From Patescibacteria group bacterium (GTDB lineage Bacteria > Patescibacteriota > Microgenomatia > UBA12405), in the NCBI GenBank assembly GCA_038062455.1, contig JBBTXE010000001.1, forward strand, positions 186,371-250,370: a stretch of 64,000 nucleotides of DNA. Direction: 5' to 3'. Every line of letters starts with the position of its first letter. Position 1 is the first letter of the stretch. Of this stretch, positions 63,433-64,000 are shown one piece after another. The translations under genes were made by a program, and so were the position numbers. Below the pieces are notes generated by a model, which saw only the letters and a list, made by a program, of their open reading frames with translations, searched no databases and was not told the DNA's origin.

Positions 63433-64000
63433 ATGACAACACCAACCCTATCTATCATTATTCTCACCTGGAACACGGCCGACATTACCTGCAGTTGTCT
63501 CTCAAGCATTGTTAAACACCTTAAAAATATCGTTTACGAAATTATTGTTGTCGACAACAACTCCACCGACAATTCTGTGTTGAAAATTAAATCATTAATT
63601 CATTCATTGAAAATTGAAAATTGTAAATTGAAAATTAATCCCCAAAATTTAGGTTTTGCCCGGGGAAACAATGCCGCCTTAAAACATGCCAAAGGTAAAT
63701 ATCTTCTCTTTCTCAATTCCGACATGGAAATCCTCGATTCTTCAATTGCCGACATGCTTAAATTTTTTATAAAGAATAAAGATATTGGCGCCATTGGTCC
63801 GGCTTTTTTAAATCCTGACTTATCCCCCCAAGGTTCAGTTTTTCCTCCCCAAACTATTAAAAACGCCTTTTTGGAATTTTGGTTAGGCAAAGCGGCTTAT
63901 TCAAAATTTGTCCCTCAATCAAGGTCACCCCAACCGGCATGGTCAATTTCTGGTGGGGCCATACTCATTTCCAAAAAACTCTTCCGCCAAATTGGGGGCT
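63433..64000 (+). CDS. Family-2 glycosyltransferase (partial, runs off the window)
   Basis: Hand translation from ATG 63433: MTTPTLSIIILTWNTADIT...VVDNNSTDNS...NLGFARGNNAAL...FLNSDME. Not in the ORF track because it has no stop within the window. Confidence 0.7.
   Translation, partial: MTTPTLSIIILTWNTADITCSCLSSIVKHLKNIVYEIIVVDNNSTDNSVLKIKSLIHSLKIENCKLKINPQNLGFARGNNAALKHAKGKYLLFLNSDMEILDSSIADMLKFFIKNKDIGAIGPAFLNPDLSPQGSVFPPQTIKNAFLEFWLGKAAYSKFVPQSRSPQPAWSISGGAILISKKLFRQIGG
63606..63640 (+). repeat. 7-nt tandem repeat (ATTGAAA x ~5) in frame inside the last GT2 gene
   Basis: attgaaa attgaaa attgtaa attgaaa attaatc encodes LKIENCKLKIN between the DxD-proximal beta-strand and the NLGFARGNN motif. 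Confidence 0.75.

Noticed and set aside
63600-63890. 96-aa minus-strand ORF near the window end, and 32944..33303 antisense to orn.
   Set aside because: Each is antisense to a clear gene: the GT2 (VVDNNSTDNS, NLGFARGNN) and the DEDDh oligoribonuclease, respectively.

Overview
Low-GC, very gene-dense window with about 75 CDS, many of them with overlapping ends, plus one tRNA. It uses the standard genetic code: RF2 is present and TGA is used as a stop. The gene content and style look like a Patescibacteria/CPR (Microgenomates-like) genome: housekeeping genes, almost no biosynthesis, many GT2/GT-C envelope genes, a sortase, and small palindromic repeats. That lineage call is inference only. Left half: trxA, rlmN, obg, era, lon, argS, ssb, tRNA-Glu, dprA, comM, greA, lysS, serS, secA. 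Middle: orn, HIT, pyrH, a small accessory islet (Bro-N, KilA-N, Panacea-type toxin-antitoxin), typA, envelope-folding lipoproteins, prfB, an LCP protein and ftsE-ftsX-envC. The last 16 kb (48.3 kb to the window end) is one co-directional glycosylation cluster of GT2, GT4 and GT-C genes plus a Wzx-like flippase. Most notable observations: (1) a T-box riboswitch with a consensus promoter on the minus strand. It heads an operon of an unknown 453-458 aa protein, an MDP-1-like phosphatase, and an ArgRS carrying an N-terminal B3/B4 domain. (2) LysRS carries a C-terminal tRNA_bind domain joined by a linker that is an in-frame copy of a palindromic repeat also found intergenically. (3) Two accessory inserts are each bracketed by a duplicated 3' end of a conserved gene (lon and typA), with no integrase present. 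(4) 7-nt-period tandem repeats sit in frame inside essential genes. (5) Third-codon-position composition depends strongly on strand, and a few genes violate the pattern. No rRNA, CRISPR array, transposase or integrase was seen.
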